Part shown: positions 39,301-53,900 of the stretch, piece after piece
Layout: the number at the start of each line of letters is the position of its first letter
How positions within the stretch are numbered: position 1 is the stretch's first letter
Assembly (NCBI GenBank): GCA_951406725.2
Contig: OX597826.1
Span: 64,046,001 to 64,110,000 of the forward strand
DNA from: Octopus vulgaris
Taxonomy: Eukaryota
Direction of reading: 5' to 3'
DNA length: 64,000 bases
The notes under the pieces: model-generated
The model's input: only the letters and a program-made list of their open reading frames with translations
Told to the model about the DNA's origin: nothing
Databases searched by the model: none
Program-made: the position numbers and the translations under genes

Positions 39301-41916
39301 AAGGGTGGAATATTTAGAATGCAAGGTTTGTAGAAGGCATTGATTTGTTGCAGGGTTAATTCCCCCAGTTACTGCTGGAGCTCATTTACAGCTGACTGAA
39401 TCAGAGCAACACGAAATGAAGTGTTTTGCTCAAGAACACAATGCACAGTCTAGTCTGGAAACCAAACTGAAAATCTTATGACTGTATATGCAATACCCTA
39501 ACAACTAGACCATGTTAGTGAAGGTTCATGGTATAGTTGTTAGGGTATTGCACTCACAATCATAAGATTTTCAGTGTGGTTTCCGGACTAGACTGTGCAA
39601 TGTGTTCTTGAGCAAGAACCTTCACTAACATGGAAAAAATGGACGTAAAAAACTAAATGAATATATAGTCCACTAATGTGTATAAGTGAAAGATGTAAAC
39701 ATCAATGTTAAAAACTGATAAACTGGTGTGTCTGAAAACAAAAATACTTTGTGGTATTTATTCTCCTTTTTTTTTTTGGAAATTAAAAGCTGTGTGACAA
39801 TAATAACAACAAGTAAAATACTACTGTTACTATGACTAACACTTCATTGATATTTTACCTGTGTTGGAGTAAGTTCAGTGTTCATGAATTGCACAAATGA
39901 CATGATGCTGGCTACAGTCCTGGGTAAATCAAAGTCGTCACACAAAGCTTCTCCCACTGACATCTGTAATTGATCCAGCCTAAAAGAGGGGGAAAAAACC
40001 CACAAAGTCTGATAATTAGGATTCTGTGTTTGTATGGAGAAGCATAATATTGCTATGTAGTGCAGTAGTGGTGGAAGTAATCATTTGTATATGGTTATTG
40101 CTGTTGTTGTTGTTAAGCAACAAGACGGGTAAGGGTGATTAGGTGATGGTCTAGGGCTTAGGGGCAGGAGACACCAGACCTTGGAAAAAGAAAAAAAACT
40201 TTGGTCGTCTTGTTGTAGTCGAGGGCTCTTTGTTGATGCCTGACACCACTGGGAGGTGGCCCTCGAAGTCGCTGGAAATGATCTCCAGGTCCAAATTCTT
40301 GAACGGCTGCTGTTGTTGTTGGGGATGGTGTTCTTAAGGTCAATCTTGACTGAGCAGATCTATGCTCATAGATGTCCACTGTAGTCATCCTGTATTTTTT
40401 GCATATCAAGGATTACATTGTCTAATTTATCATTTTAAGACAGCAGGGTGTGATTTGAAGGAATTTTGGCTGCTTTTTCTTGCAGGTCAAGCAAGTGCAT
40501 AGGTACAGCCTGTTTTCTTTAGTTACAGTACATGATTCTGTCACTGAATCTACATCTCGGTACTGTAGTCTTCTATTGTTTTACTGTTGTCAGTCATGCT
40601 ACATGTTTCACCACAAGGTCCAGTTCTTGTTGTGGTGTGATGGCTTGTGTGCCACAGTGACCCTAAGAGCTATGCCAGCAGAGTGCAAGCACATTGGTAG
40701 GATCTTCTATGTTGAACAGGTCAAAGGGGAGAGGTCAGACTAATATGGATCACCTTAAATTTGTTTACATAGGACTAACACTCGCATCTAGAAAAATGCA
40801 AAGTTATAGAAGCATCAATGACAATTCAAAACCAACATGAACTGGGAGAGGAAGGCCTTCTCCCAGGGACACTTATGACATGATGCAGCAAAACCCCAAA
40901 GGAAAATAGCTGGAGGTGAAAAAGTAGGGATCTAACAGAAGAAAAGCAGAAAAGATAGCCCTGAGTCAAGAACAGTGGAAGGAGGTCAGAGGTAAAAAGG
41001 AGTTTGCATAGGGTCAACATACCAATGTAGAAGTTACAGAAGTACAGCTGACAATTCAAAACTTAAAAGACATAAAGAGGAAAGATAGCCCTGAGCCATG
41101 AACAATGGGGGAAAAAAGCCATCAATGGCCTATGTTCTATAGGGAGAGAAGGGCTTAAGTCAGTAGGTTTTGGTGACTATGGACATACTGTGGCTCTTCC
41201 TCCAAGAGTTTACTTATAATAATAACCAGTGCTTATTTTAATCTAGGGCTTATTTTATCAAATCTACATAAACACACACAGAATGGGCTCCTGTATAGTT
41301 TACATCTATGACATTCTACACAGAAGACATTGGTCAACCCAATGCTCCACGCAGTAGGATTGAACTCAAAACCACATGGTTGTGAAGCTAACTTTATGAT
41401 CAAACTGCCATGCCTGCATCCTCATCATCATATTATTTAATGTCTGTTTTCCATGCTGGTCGGAATGTTTGACAGGAGCTGACCAGTTGAAGGGCTGTTC
41501 AGGCTCCATGTCTGTTTTGGCAAGGTTCCTACAACTAGAAGCCCTTCCTAATACCCATATATACATTAAATAAAATAAATTTAAAAAAATTCAGTGGTAC
41601 AGAGGTTGGGTTCAAATCTTACATCACACATAATGATGTGCAAAGAGGGAAGATACATTATTCTATATTTCTGCTAGTTTTGATTTATCTTTTACTTGTT
41701 TCAGTCATTGGACTGCAGCCATACTTGGACACTGCCTTGAAAGGTTTTGTTGAACAAATCAGCCTCAGCACTTATTTTTTAAGTATAGTAGTTATTCTAT
41801 CAGTCTCCTTTGCTGAGCCACGAAGTTACAGGAACTCAAACAAACCAACACCGGTTGTCAAATGATGAGGGGGGTGCAGAAATGCAAACACATGCATATA
41901 TACATCACACACACAC

Positions 41917-41949
<33 letters not shown>

Positions 41950-44900
41950 TATATAATGTATATATATATATAAAAGGCTTCCACACAGTTTCTATCTACG
42001 AAATTCAGACACAAAGCAATAGTTGGCCTGGGGCTATAATAGAAGACCCCTACCCAAGGTGTTTGCTGCACAGTGGGACTGAACCTAAAACCATGTTGTT
42101 GCAAAGCAAGCTTCTTAACCACATAACCATGCTTGTGCTTATATGTGCAAACTCACAAATTTGTGTACAAGTATACATACATACTTTTTTCATAAATACT
42201 GATTTTTACCTCTGGACTTGCGCAAGTGGGATGGCTTTTCCTATCAGAGTAATTGTTTTTACAACTGGATGCCCTGCCTACCACCATACAAGTCTGAGTC
42301 TATATGATCTAAACAATAAGATCATTTCAAACGTTTATGAGAATACATTCATGTGAGTATGTGTGCAGGTATGTATGACAAGTGTAAATCTATGTGTATA
42401 TGTGGGTACTTAAGAGTGTGTGTATACATGCAAGTATATGTGTGTATTAGAAACGAATATACCTACTTTGATAGTATTTCTGACTCACTGATATTTCCAC
42501 AGTTCATCTGTCCCTGGATATAAGCTGAAGAGTTCTGCAGGTAGGATTCAATCTGGGTGAGAAGTTTTGATGCTTTCTCTATTGATTCCTTATGGTAAGA
42601 AATTCCTGGAATTATATGACACTTTGGGTTTTTTTTTACAGCTTTTACATGCAGACATCAACTATGTTTCTCCATAAAAGGTTCATCATTTATCTCTACA
42701 GACTCTAATCATCTCAGAAAGATTAAGTAATTTTATATAACAGATTATGTCATGCTCATGTAGTATAAACTGAATTCCTCAGTGTTTGTCAAATCCTTAA
42801 TTTCCACATGCTACATGTTGTTTATACATGTTCAGAGAAAATATGACAAGAATACTAGGCCAGTAGAGAGTATAAAGAGATTTGAAATAACAGTTTGATT
42901 ACTATGGCTTAGGTTTTAACCCAAAGCAATCATTACATTAAGTTTTAAACAAATAGTATTTCTTTTCTTTCACCCCACTCACCATTGAGCAGATCTCTTA
43001 ATAAATGCTTTCCAAATACAGAGTATCTAGAAGTATATAAACTCGAGTGTCCTTGTTTTAAGAAGGAAAATGTATGATTTGAGAGAAATTTAGTTCCTAT
43101 TTCTGGTAGGCTGAGAATGACTAGTTAGTCAGTGGCTCAATCTCTGGTTATTGCCCATGGAAAAGGGACATAACTCTGTTTTGGTTTACCCAAATGACAC
43201 TTGGAATACTCGTAATCATCATCACCAACATTCTTTTCTACTCTAGGCACAAGCCTGAAATTTTGGGAGGGAGAGAGCCAGTCGATTAGATCGACCCCAG
43301 TACACAACTGGTACTTAATTTATCGATCCCGAAAGGATGAAAAGCAAAGTCGACCTCGGCGAACATCGTCTTTAACAAATTCACATTCTGGCTGGCATCA
43401 TGTTCACCAAAATATCCACTGCTGTTACTTATCATCAGCATCAATAGGGACAGACGTGGCTGTGTTGTTAAGGAGCTCACTTTGCAACCACATGGTTTCA
43501 GGTTCAGTCCCACTGTGATGACCTTGCGTAAGTGTCTTCTAATAGCCCAGGGCTGATCAATGCCTTGTGGGTGAATTTGGTAGACACTCACTCCATTGTT
43601 ATTACAGGACATTTCTTAAGATTTCAGGGCAGAAAATATGTGATTCATATTTTTAGATGCTGGCGAACTTACTGAATGAAATTTGGCTGAAATATAAAGC
43701 CATTTAATAACCTGAAGGTGTTCGTACTTATACTTGTGCTGGTGGCACATGAAAAAAACATTGGAGCGAGGTCGTTGCCAGTGCTGCTGGACTGGCTCCT
43801 GTGCAGGTGGCACATAAAAAGCACCATTTGAGCATGACCGTTGCCAGTACTGCCTGACTGGCCCTTGTGCCGGTGGCATGTAAAAGCACCCACTACGTTC
43901 TCGGAGTGGTTGGTGTTAGGAAGGGCATCCAGCTGTAGAAACTCTGCCAGATCAGATTGGAGTCAGGTGCAGCCATCTGGTTCACAAGCCCTCAGTCAAA
44001 TTGTCCAACCCATGCTAGCATGGAAAGCGGACGTTAAACAATGATGATGATGTTGTTAAAATTTTCATTAAAATTTCATTACAGCATAAATATTGAGATG
44101 CCAGATAGTCAACACTAATAATATATATATATATACACTTACATATACACATTAAGTTATAGATATTTTATTAAACCGTTTCCACAATCTTGGTTGTATA
44201 GAAAATTAAGTGAAATATGTAGGTAATCAATTCATTAGGAATGGAGAATGTATGGGAGAAAAATTATGATAACGATGGCAACATAAGAGATTTGAAAACT
44301 TACTTCTGCGATAATGAGTAAGCATGCAGAAGAAACGGAACTGGTCAGCTGTGTGGGTCTTTAGAAAATCTGATATCAATACAACATTCTTTAGAGACTT
44401 TGACATTTTCTCTTGGTTTTTAATATGAAGATGACCTAAAGGAAAGATAAAAATAAATCACCTTTTGAGTTATAAGATCTTTAAGAAACTCAAATAAACA
44501 AAGGAAAAATCATAACAAAATTCATAATCATCATCACCAACACTGTCTTTAACAAAATCACATTCTGACTGGCATCATGTTCACCAAAATATTCACTGCT
44601 GTTACTTATCATCAGCATCAATAGGGACAGACATGGCTGTGTTGTTAAGGAGCTCACTTTGTAATCACATGGTTTCAGGTTCAGTCCCACTGTAATGACC
44701 CTGGGCAAGTGTCTTCTTATAGCCCAGGGCTGACCAATGCCTTGTGAGTGAATTTGGTAAATAGAAACTGTGTGGAAGCCTATCATGCATGTATTGGTGT
44801 GAGTATGTGTGTCTTTGTGCTCCAGTAATTGCTTGACAACTGGAGTTGGCTTGTTAATGCCCCCACAACTTAGCAGCTCAGCAAGAAAGACTAATAGAAT

Positions 44901-47900
44901 AAGTACCAAACTTAAAAATTAAGTACAAGGGTTGATTAGCCTGAATAAACCCTTTAAGGTGGTGCCCCAGCATGGCTACCGTCTAATGACTAAAACAAGT
45001 AAAAAATAAAATAAAAGACCAACACTGACATTATCCTAAAATCATTATCATCAACACTTCAACATCACCATTGCTCACTAGATACATTAAAGAAATTAGT
45101 ACATCTCATGTCTCTTTCTTTCTTAACAACTCCACTCATAAATTTAAATTTCTAAATGTTTTGTCTGGAGGTTTTTTTCCTTTTGCTTTTGTACACCTTG
45201 TTTCTCATGACTGTATGGTTGTTAGGCTTTTTCTGTTGGCGCAATTGTTTTTAATACCCGACAATTATTCTTACAAAAAAACAAATACAACCATACAGTC
45301 AGACTGGAACTGGATTTCACCCTTCATGTTTGGCTCCTTTTCCTGAGGAGTTGTGCACCTGAGTACTGTATACAGTAAGTTCATTGTATTATATTAGCAT
45401 TTAAACCAACTACATCTTGCCCAAATAGTCTACCTGTTTGTGTTCAAACTGGCCAGAACCAACCTCTCACATATACCTTCTACAATGTCATTCTAAAAAT
45501 AAACAAACACATCATTGAACTCTTGAAGCTACAAGATAATGCATGATAAATTCAAAACAATGTGACTATATAAGCTCTGCATTTGGGAGAGTAGTCTGAA
45601 TGTTGAAGGCTTAAACCTGACAGGAAAACACCACACAATCAACAGACTAATGGCTGCCTCTACACACCACCGAACAGTACGTCAACTTTGTCTACAAGAT
45701 CAACAGTCCAGCCTGACCACAAAGCCTCTTACACATCCTTGTTGTAACCTGCTATATTAATTTATTTCATGTATGGCAATCATTGTATTTTATAACAGAG
45801 AATAAATCATCGCTTACCAGTTCATTCTCATCTCATGTCGTATATCATTTTCACATGCTACACAGAAAAAATCAGAAGGCAATGATTTGTATTCATGTTC
45901 AAAATTGCAGCAATTTTATTACAGGTTTCCAAAAACTCTGAACAAATGTGTGTGACTGAAAAACTTATGATGTGTGCAAAACATCATAATGTAGACATAC
46001 AGTCTGGTAGGAATAACATTGTATGACATGAATAATTTCAGTTTCACTTACTACTATTTACCAAGACTCTACACTGAAGCTGATAACAATTCCATAGTAC
46101 AAAACTGGACAAATGTCATAGTGCAGATACTAATCTTGCTGGAGAAGCTAATTTCAGCAAACAGGATATAATAAGACTCATAACTGCTTAAAAGAAACAA
46201 ATGTCAAGTGAAGAACTGGACACAAGGATTCAGAGTAGCTAAAGAAAACTTAGCCCAGTAGTCATAACGACTAGGAAAGTGAATAAATAACTTTCCATGT
46301 TCTAGATGAGGCTGAGAGAATGAGGAGCTTGAAAGTACATCGTTAACAGTTCGACATCTTCACAGCAACTAACTCAACTTACTGTTTTTAGGTGTGTTTT
46401 CAACTTGGGCGTAAGATGTTGTTTGAATGTGTGCAACGTCAGCTTAACTGGTCAGCGTCTGTCCTAAACAACTAACTTGCGCTCCAGTAAAAAAAAAAAT
46501 TTATCAGGTCTTACTACAACAGGAATGCCACATTTGTGTATTTCTTACCTGTGTGAAGCCAATAATTGCACCATTGCTTGCATCCATGATATGTCTGGGA
46601 CTGAGCAAGCTCATTTTCATGGTGTGGGAAAATAAGGTCTTCTCCTCCAGAGTGCAAATCAAAGTTGGAACCAAAGATTTTGCTGGAAGTAAACAATGCA
46701 ATAAATAGTAGGATTTTTTTACATAAAGAGCACAAACATTCAACAGCTGTCATATTGTTTAGTATGAAGGTGCATGATCTGGGGGTTAGGGTGTTGCACT
46801 CACAACTGCAAGATAATAGTTTTAATTTGTGAACCAAGTGGTATGTTGTGTTCTTGGGCAAAACACTTACTTTTACATTGTTCCAGTCTACTCAGCTGTG
46901 TTTCCTAGCAAGATAATATTTCTCCTTGGACAGAAATGTTTTCTCATTATGTTGGAAATGAATGACACTGCTTGTATGACAGTGACACTCATTTACAACT
47001 ATTACTCAATGTGAAGACCAAGAGACACAAACATACATGTACAAACACGATGGGCTTCTTTCAGTCCTTCTACTAATTCTCCTTACAAAGCTTTCGTCAG
47101 CTTGGTGTATAGTAGCTAGCAAAGTATCATGCAGTGGGACTGAACCTGAAACTATGTGGTTGGCAAGCAAACTTCTTCATCACACAGCCATACCTGCACC
47201 AACTTTCTCTTAATATACTACAGAACTAATAATTATGATAATAATATGAAAAAATCCATACACACACACATCAAAAACTGACTTACCTTGCCATGGCAGA
47301 ACATTCAATATGCCATCCTGGTCGGCCTTTACCCCAAGGAGACTCCCAGGAAGGCCCCTGTTTCATGGCTTTCCATAGAGCAAAATCCAATGAGCTACGT
47401 TTGCCTTCATGAGCTGGAAAGAAATTACAGAAAAGGAAAGGTCTTATTTCAAGATGTTTTTGTGTAGATTTACCAATTTATAATATATACATATGTGTGC
47501 ATGTGTATTTGTTCCCTCTACTGCTTGACAACTGGTGTTGGTTTGTTTATGTCCCTGTAACTTAGTGGTTTGACAATAGAGGCTGATAGAATCAGTGCCT
47601 GACATAAATATAAGTTCAGCAAAAGAGAGTGATAGAATAAGTACCATGCTTAATGTAAGGACTGGAATTGATTTTCTTTGACCAAGCCCTTCAAGGCCCC
47701 AGCATGGCCTCAGTCCTATGACTGAAGCAAGTAAATGATAAAAGTTATCAATCCCTGCTTTGACATGGGCTCTTGACATTATACACAGAAACCCTGGATT
47801 GCTTAGACATCGAATCCTCTTTTTAAGCCTAACTACTCTACTCCAACAGAGTGTGGAAGCATGAAATTTGGAACTGTTTTAGTTGGAAGAATTTCAAGAA

Positions 47901-50900
47901 ATAAGTAGTTTGAGAGTGGTACATTTGATTTGTTTTTTTTACTCCTTTAGTCTTTTTACAAGCATTGGTATTCATTTTATCAACCTTCAACTTAACAAGT
48001 TGACCAGAACACTAAAATACTTTCCAAAATACTAACTTGATTCTTCAAATATTTCCTGTTTCTGGCGCAGCTGACCATAGTCTGGATATGCTTCAACATC
48101 AAAGTAAACGCTTCCTGGAAACAAAATACAATAATTATACATGTGCATGTGTATTTATATATATATATGTTACATTCAATAGAAGTAGTACTGAATTAAA
48201 ATAGCCATCTATGTTGTATCGTAATTAATGTAATACATCACTGAAAGATAATTTATTGCAGTTTTCATTGAGAGAAACAGCTCCTATGAAGAAATTCATT
48301 AAAAAAAATGGTTAAGTTGACAGAGAAATAATCAGACAACTAGCCAAAAGGCTGGTGTTTCACAACCCATCATTGGCACTTAAGCATTCATAACTAATAC
48401 CTTTAACTTTAACTGGCTTAATTGACCAAAATATAAATAGATATCATGAGGAAGAAAAAGCAACAGTAGAAGCAAAGAATAACTGACAAGCATTTCCTAG
48501 ATCTTAAAAACCAAGCTCATGTTCTGCAAAGAACAACAACTCCTCTGAAGTTATAAACGAATTCCCCACCCCTACAACTGATCAAAATATTGGTTTCAAA
48601 TTTTGGTCCAAGGCTGGCAATTTTTTAGGGTGGTGAGAAAAGTTGATTGCATCAACCCCAATGCCCAACAAATTCTATCTGGAAAAGTGGACATTAAACA
48701 ATAATGATGTTCATATCTAGAGCTAAAACAAGTTGAATGTCCATTCAGCTATCTAGTAGCTTAAAAGCTGCACTCCATGCAGATTTTTATACCTACAGTA
48801 CAAAACTAAAGAGAGCAATAATAATAAAGCATTTATCGGTACCCTACCAATATGGTATTACTTTTAATTCAGTTTAAATGAAAAAATTCATAAACTTTTG
48901 GAGTTCTTTTAAAATTCGAATTTCCTATTGTTAGGATGTAACAAATCCTCATCCAGGCCTAATCCCAATGCTGGATGGTAAAGAACCAAATGAAGGGCAG
49001 ATTTTCAATTCTGGGATCATCCTGATTCCAGAAAAAGGTATAATATATCTATGTAGAGCATATGTAGACTGAAATACAGGGGTCCCAGACAGACAGAATT
49101 TCGCATATATTATTATAAATGTACAGACAGACTCAGTAGCCATGAGTACATTTGGTTAGCTTATAGAATCTATGTTTAGTGAAGAGGTAAACAGAATATA
49201 TACCAGATGTTTTTCATAAAAATATTAAGTTATTTTACAATTTCTTATGTTACAAACTTCTGTCTATTGATCCTTCAACCAAAAGCCACAAGGTTAGGAG
49301 ATGTTTTGGCACAGCTGTTTTAGCATTGCTGATTTAGCATCAAATGATTCTCTCCCTCCCCCCCCCCTTTCTCTGCTTATGCATGTGAGCATATTTCTCT
49401 GTGTCTCTGAGGAGAGGAAAAGTGTTTATGTTGATTGTATTCAATTAATAAACTGTAACATCTCTCTCTCTCTTTTTATTAGTGTTTCTAGTAATGAGTA
49501 TTATATCATCATCATCATCGTTTAACGTCCGCTTTCCATGCTAGCATGGGTTGGACGATTTGACTGAGGTCTGGCAAACCAGATGGCTGCACCAGACTCC
49601 AATCTGATCTGGCAGAGTTTCTACAGCTGGATGCCCTTCCTAACGCCAACCACTCCGTGAGTGTAGTGGGTGCTTTTTATGTGCCACCAACACAGGTGCC
49701 AGACGAGGCTGGCAAACGGCCACGCTCGGATGGTGCCTTTTACGTGCCACCGGCACGGAGGCCAGGCGAGGCTGGCAACAGCCACTATCGGATGGTGTTT
49801 GTTACGTGCCACCAGCACGGAGGCCAGTCGATGCAGTGCTGGCTACAGCCCCGTTCAGATGGTTCTCTTATGTGCCACCGGCACTGGTACCAAAACTACA
49901 AATTCCATTGATGTTGATCAGAGCTAAAACAAGTTGAATGTCCATTCAACTATCTTATGAAGAAAAAGTGATCATTAAGATTATTTGTTTGTATCAGAAC
50001 TGAAGTAAGCCATAGTAAGCTAAATCTAATCTTGTTTTCAGTTTACTACTTACATAGTAGCAGCTTTGAGAGAGGTGCGAACATTACAATATCCCTTTTC
50101 TTAAAAAACCTTGTACTTTATGCAATGTGAGAAACAATATCAGAGATAAAAAAAAACAAGCAGGTTTCTACACCCTCATTTGATCAGTTAGAAATAACTA
50201 AATTTCCCTTAAATCACAACCTGCCACTTTAGAAAGGAAAGGAAGCCTGAGTAATCTGGCTAATTTAGTTATGGATACTTGATACATCTATCTTCATTTA
50301 TCACAGGGGTTTGGTTAAAAAATAAACATGCTGATATATGAATCATTTCCATGCGCTTTGTAAATGTAATGAATGATAGATTCATTGACATTAGACTTGT
50401 GACCCATAGCAGTGAGGTTTCCACAGTAAAGTATTTTCTTGATCTAAGAGTACCATATGAGTGAGATCGTAGCCAGAGCAACAAGCTGGCCTCTGTGCCG
50501 ATGGCATGTTAAAAACACCATTCGAGCATGATCATTACCTGTGTCGCCTTACTAGCACTTGTGCTGGTGGCAAGTGAAAAAGACATTTGAGTGAGGTTGT
50601 TGCCAGTGCCACTGGACTAGCCCCTGTGCAAGTGGCACATAAAAAGCGCCATTTGAGCATGGCCATTGCCAGTACTGCCTGACAGGCCCTCATGCCGGTG
50701 GCACATAAAAGCACCCACTGCACTCTCGGAGTGGTTGGCGTTAGGAAGGGCATCCAGCTGTAGAAACTCTGCCAGATCAGATTGGAGTCTGGTGCAGCCA
50801 TCTGGTTTGCCAGACCTCAGTCAAATCGTCCAACCCATGCTAGCATGGAAAGCGGATGTTAAACGATGATGATGATGATGATTTCTACCTTTTCCTGCAG

Positions 50901-53900
50901 AGAATAAACTTGTCTGCACTATTTGTTAGGATCAAATACCTTTGTATTTTTTTCTGCTTGCTGGTCCCATGTTGATGGATACAAGTAAGTAAATCTGTAT
51001 AAAAAATATACAGCTTTGTAGTATGGTCAAGTAAACCCAAGCTATAGTCAGAGCATTCTTGGTAGCTGAACATTATGGGTGGTTGCCAAGGCATATTTCT
51101 GTGGTACAAGCAAAATCTTTAATTGATTGCCAACCCATGTTATCACAGATCAATCTGTGATAAGCGTAATATGGTTCACAATGGAACATACTATGGATCA
51201 GTGATGAATGAATCAAAGAAAAACAAGGCTACATGTACCATAAAGAAAATAATGATCATGCCTTGAATGCTTTTGTCCATAGGTCCACCTAAGCACAGCT
51301 GACCTAGGGTTAAATGACAAACAATTACTCACAAAAACTCGTAATTTTTTTTTCTCAAACAATACAGACAAATATTCAGTTTGATTTAACAAATTAACTT
51401 CATGAAAGTACTTTACCCTCAGGAGTCTTGTAAGCAAAACCTTTCTGTAGGATAGTTTGAATGTAGTTTATAATGCTGTCCATATGGTCGGTGACTCGTG
51501 CTGGATACGTTGGTGGCAAGACATTCAGCAAGGCCATATCGTGGAAAAATTCATACTCAAACTTCCTAGACACTTCACTGATCTCAGTTCCCAGCTAATT
51601 AAAGTACAACAGAAAAGTGAATTTCAATTAGTTTGACAATGCTAACAATCTTTTTGATGCTACTTTAGCATGCAGTCCACTGAAGTATCTACGTAAATGC
51701 TGCAAAATGACCTGACCTTGGTTAGGGTTATTCAGCAAACTAAAGTGTAAATAGTCAAGTAGAGCACATGCTAGAGTGACACCATTTTTTTAGCTTTTAT
51801 TTAGTTGAGAAAATTGACCCCAGGACTTATTCTTTGTGAGCCTAGTACTTATTCTATCAGTCTCTTAAGTTATGGGGACATAAACACATCAGCATCCATT
51901 GTCAAGCAATGTTGGAGTGGGGGGGGGGGGCAAACACAGACACATACACACATATATATGCGATGGGTTTCTTTCAGCATCTGTCTACCAAATCCACTCA
52001 CAAGGCTTTGGTTGGCCCAAGGCTATAGTAGGAGTGAACCTGGAACCATGTGGTTGGTAAGCAAGCTACTTACCACACAGCCACTCTTGCGTCTATATCA
52101 TACACATATATTGTATATGAAATGGATGTGAGAGCGTGTGAGTGAGTAAAGGTGTGTGTTGCCATGTATGTATTTTTTTTGCATGTATGTGTAAGTGGCA
52201 CTCTCCCTCACACATACACACACACACATCCATAGTACTGTGGAAGAGAAAACTAATGTTTTTTTTCTTAAACATACAAGAAAACTTTTCTCAAACACAC
52301 ACACATACACTGATAAAGAAAATGTGACAACATTGTGGTATAAAATGGCCCTCATATATAATCACATACCTAACGTGGAAAGACACACAAACTCACGGAT
52401 ATATAGACACTATGTCTCCCCTGTCTTTCATAGAAGGCTCTTTCTTTTTTACTTTATCCATAGTCTCTCATCACTCTCTCTTGCTCTCTTCTCACACGAA
52501 AATGAAACACATCAGTTGCCTGATTAGAGTTTAGGCGAGAAAACTTGCAAAAGGAAAGTGATATTTTTTTTTCTAAAACACTCAATACCATTTGAAATCT
52601 ATTCTGCAATCTGGGATTAATATATCCAGTGATTTTAAGATGTATGAAAAAGATATTTTGTTTTAATATTATACTTGTTTCATACACACACAAACACTAA
52701 TGTCTTTTTAGAAGAATTTTGTATCATTCTTTATCTCTCTTACCCAGACATCATTACCACTAATTTCTATAACTTTAGTATTTTCACTTATCTTTATATA
52801 TAAAATTGAAGTTGTGTGTGTGAGACTCTGTCTCCTCCGATTTAGATTCCTAACTACTCCCACATTTTGCGGTGCAGTTTAACCAAAAGCGGGTATCTTG
52901 TAGTCGTCATTCATATCGAGCCCTTCTGGGTATTAGCGCGCGTCTACGATGAGTCGACGATTTAAAAAAAAATTTACCATCATCTTTCCACATTTTTAAT
53001 TTTTGCTCAGGTTATATAAGGGAAGTAACTCTAAAAATGCTTATATAGTTATTTCCCTTACAAACCCGAGCAACGCCGGGCGATACTGCTAGTTCTTTAT
53101 AAATGTGTTTGAATTTTCAATCTAATGTAATCCACATGCTTGAAAAAGTATTTCTGAAAAATGTTATCTAAAATTATGGGTAAAGAAAGGAGGCTAATGC
53201 AGTTTCGCACTTCAGTTTCAAAAATGCATTTGTTTGGAAAAAATTTCATTAGTTATTGTTGTTACATTAGCTAAACAATTGATTAAGCATTGGGAACATA
53301 TCAGGCCACGGGGAAATTATTATCTTTCATGGAAACAGGTGAGGGTTGATGACAGGAAGGGCATCGAGCTGTAGAAAATCTGTCTCAACAAATTCCAACT
53401 GATGCATGCAAACATGGGAAAGTAAAGGGTAAATGACAATGAAAGCATTTTGGAAAAATAAAATGTGTTAAAAAACAAAAAACAAAAAAAATGGAAAGAA
53501 AGTTGTATGGTAAAAAAAAATTGAAACAGTTGGTAGCACAGACTTACTTTGTTAGCTCTGTCTATGATTTTGTCATCAACATCAGTGATACTCATAACTC
53601 GGATCACATGGATTCCAAATATCTTTGTCAAAATACGACGGATGATGTCAAACTGGATATATGTACTGGCATGTCCCAAATGTGAACTGTCATAGACTGT
53701 GGGCCCACAAATGTACCTGGGAAGAGAAAAAGGAAATATTTCAGAAATAATGATTTAAGAGAGAAATTGTTCTATCTTATTTTTATTTAGGCATGACTGT
53801 ATGGTTAAGGAGTTTGCCTTGCAACCACCTGGTTTGGGGTTCAGTCCCAATGAGTGGCACCCTGGACAAGTGTCTTGACCAATGCTTTGTGAGTGAATTT

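Noticed and set aside
43616-43686. Extra CARS2 exon after acceptor tttcag|
   Set aside because: No CysRS similarity, and exon 7 joins exon 8 cleanly without it.
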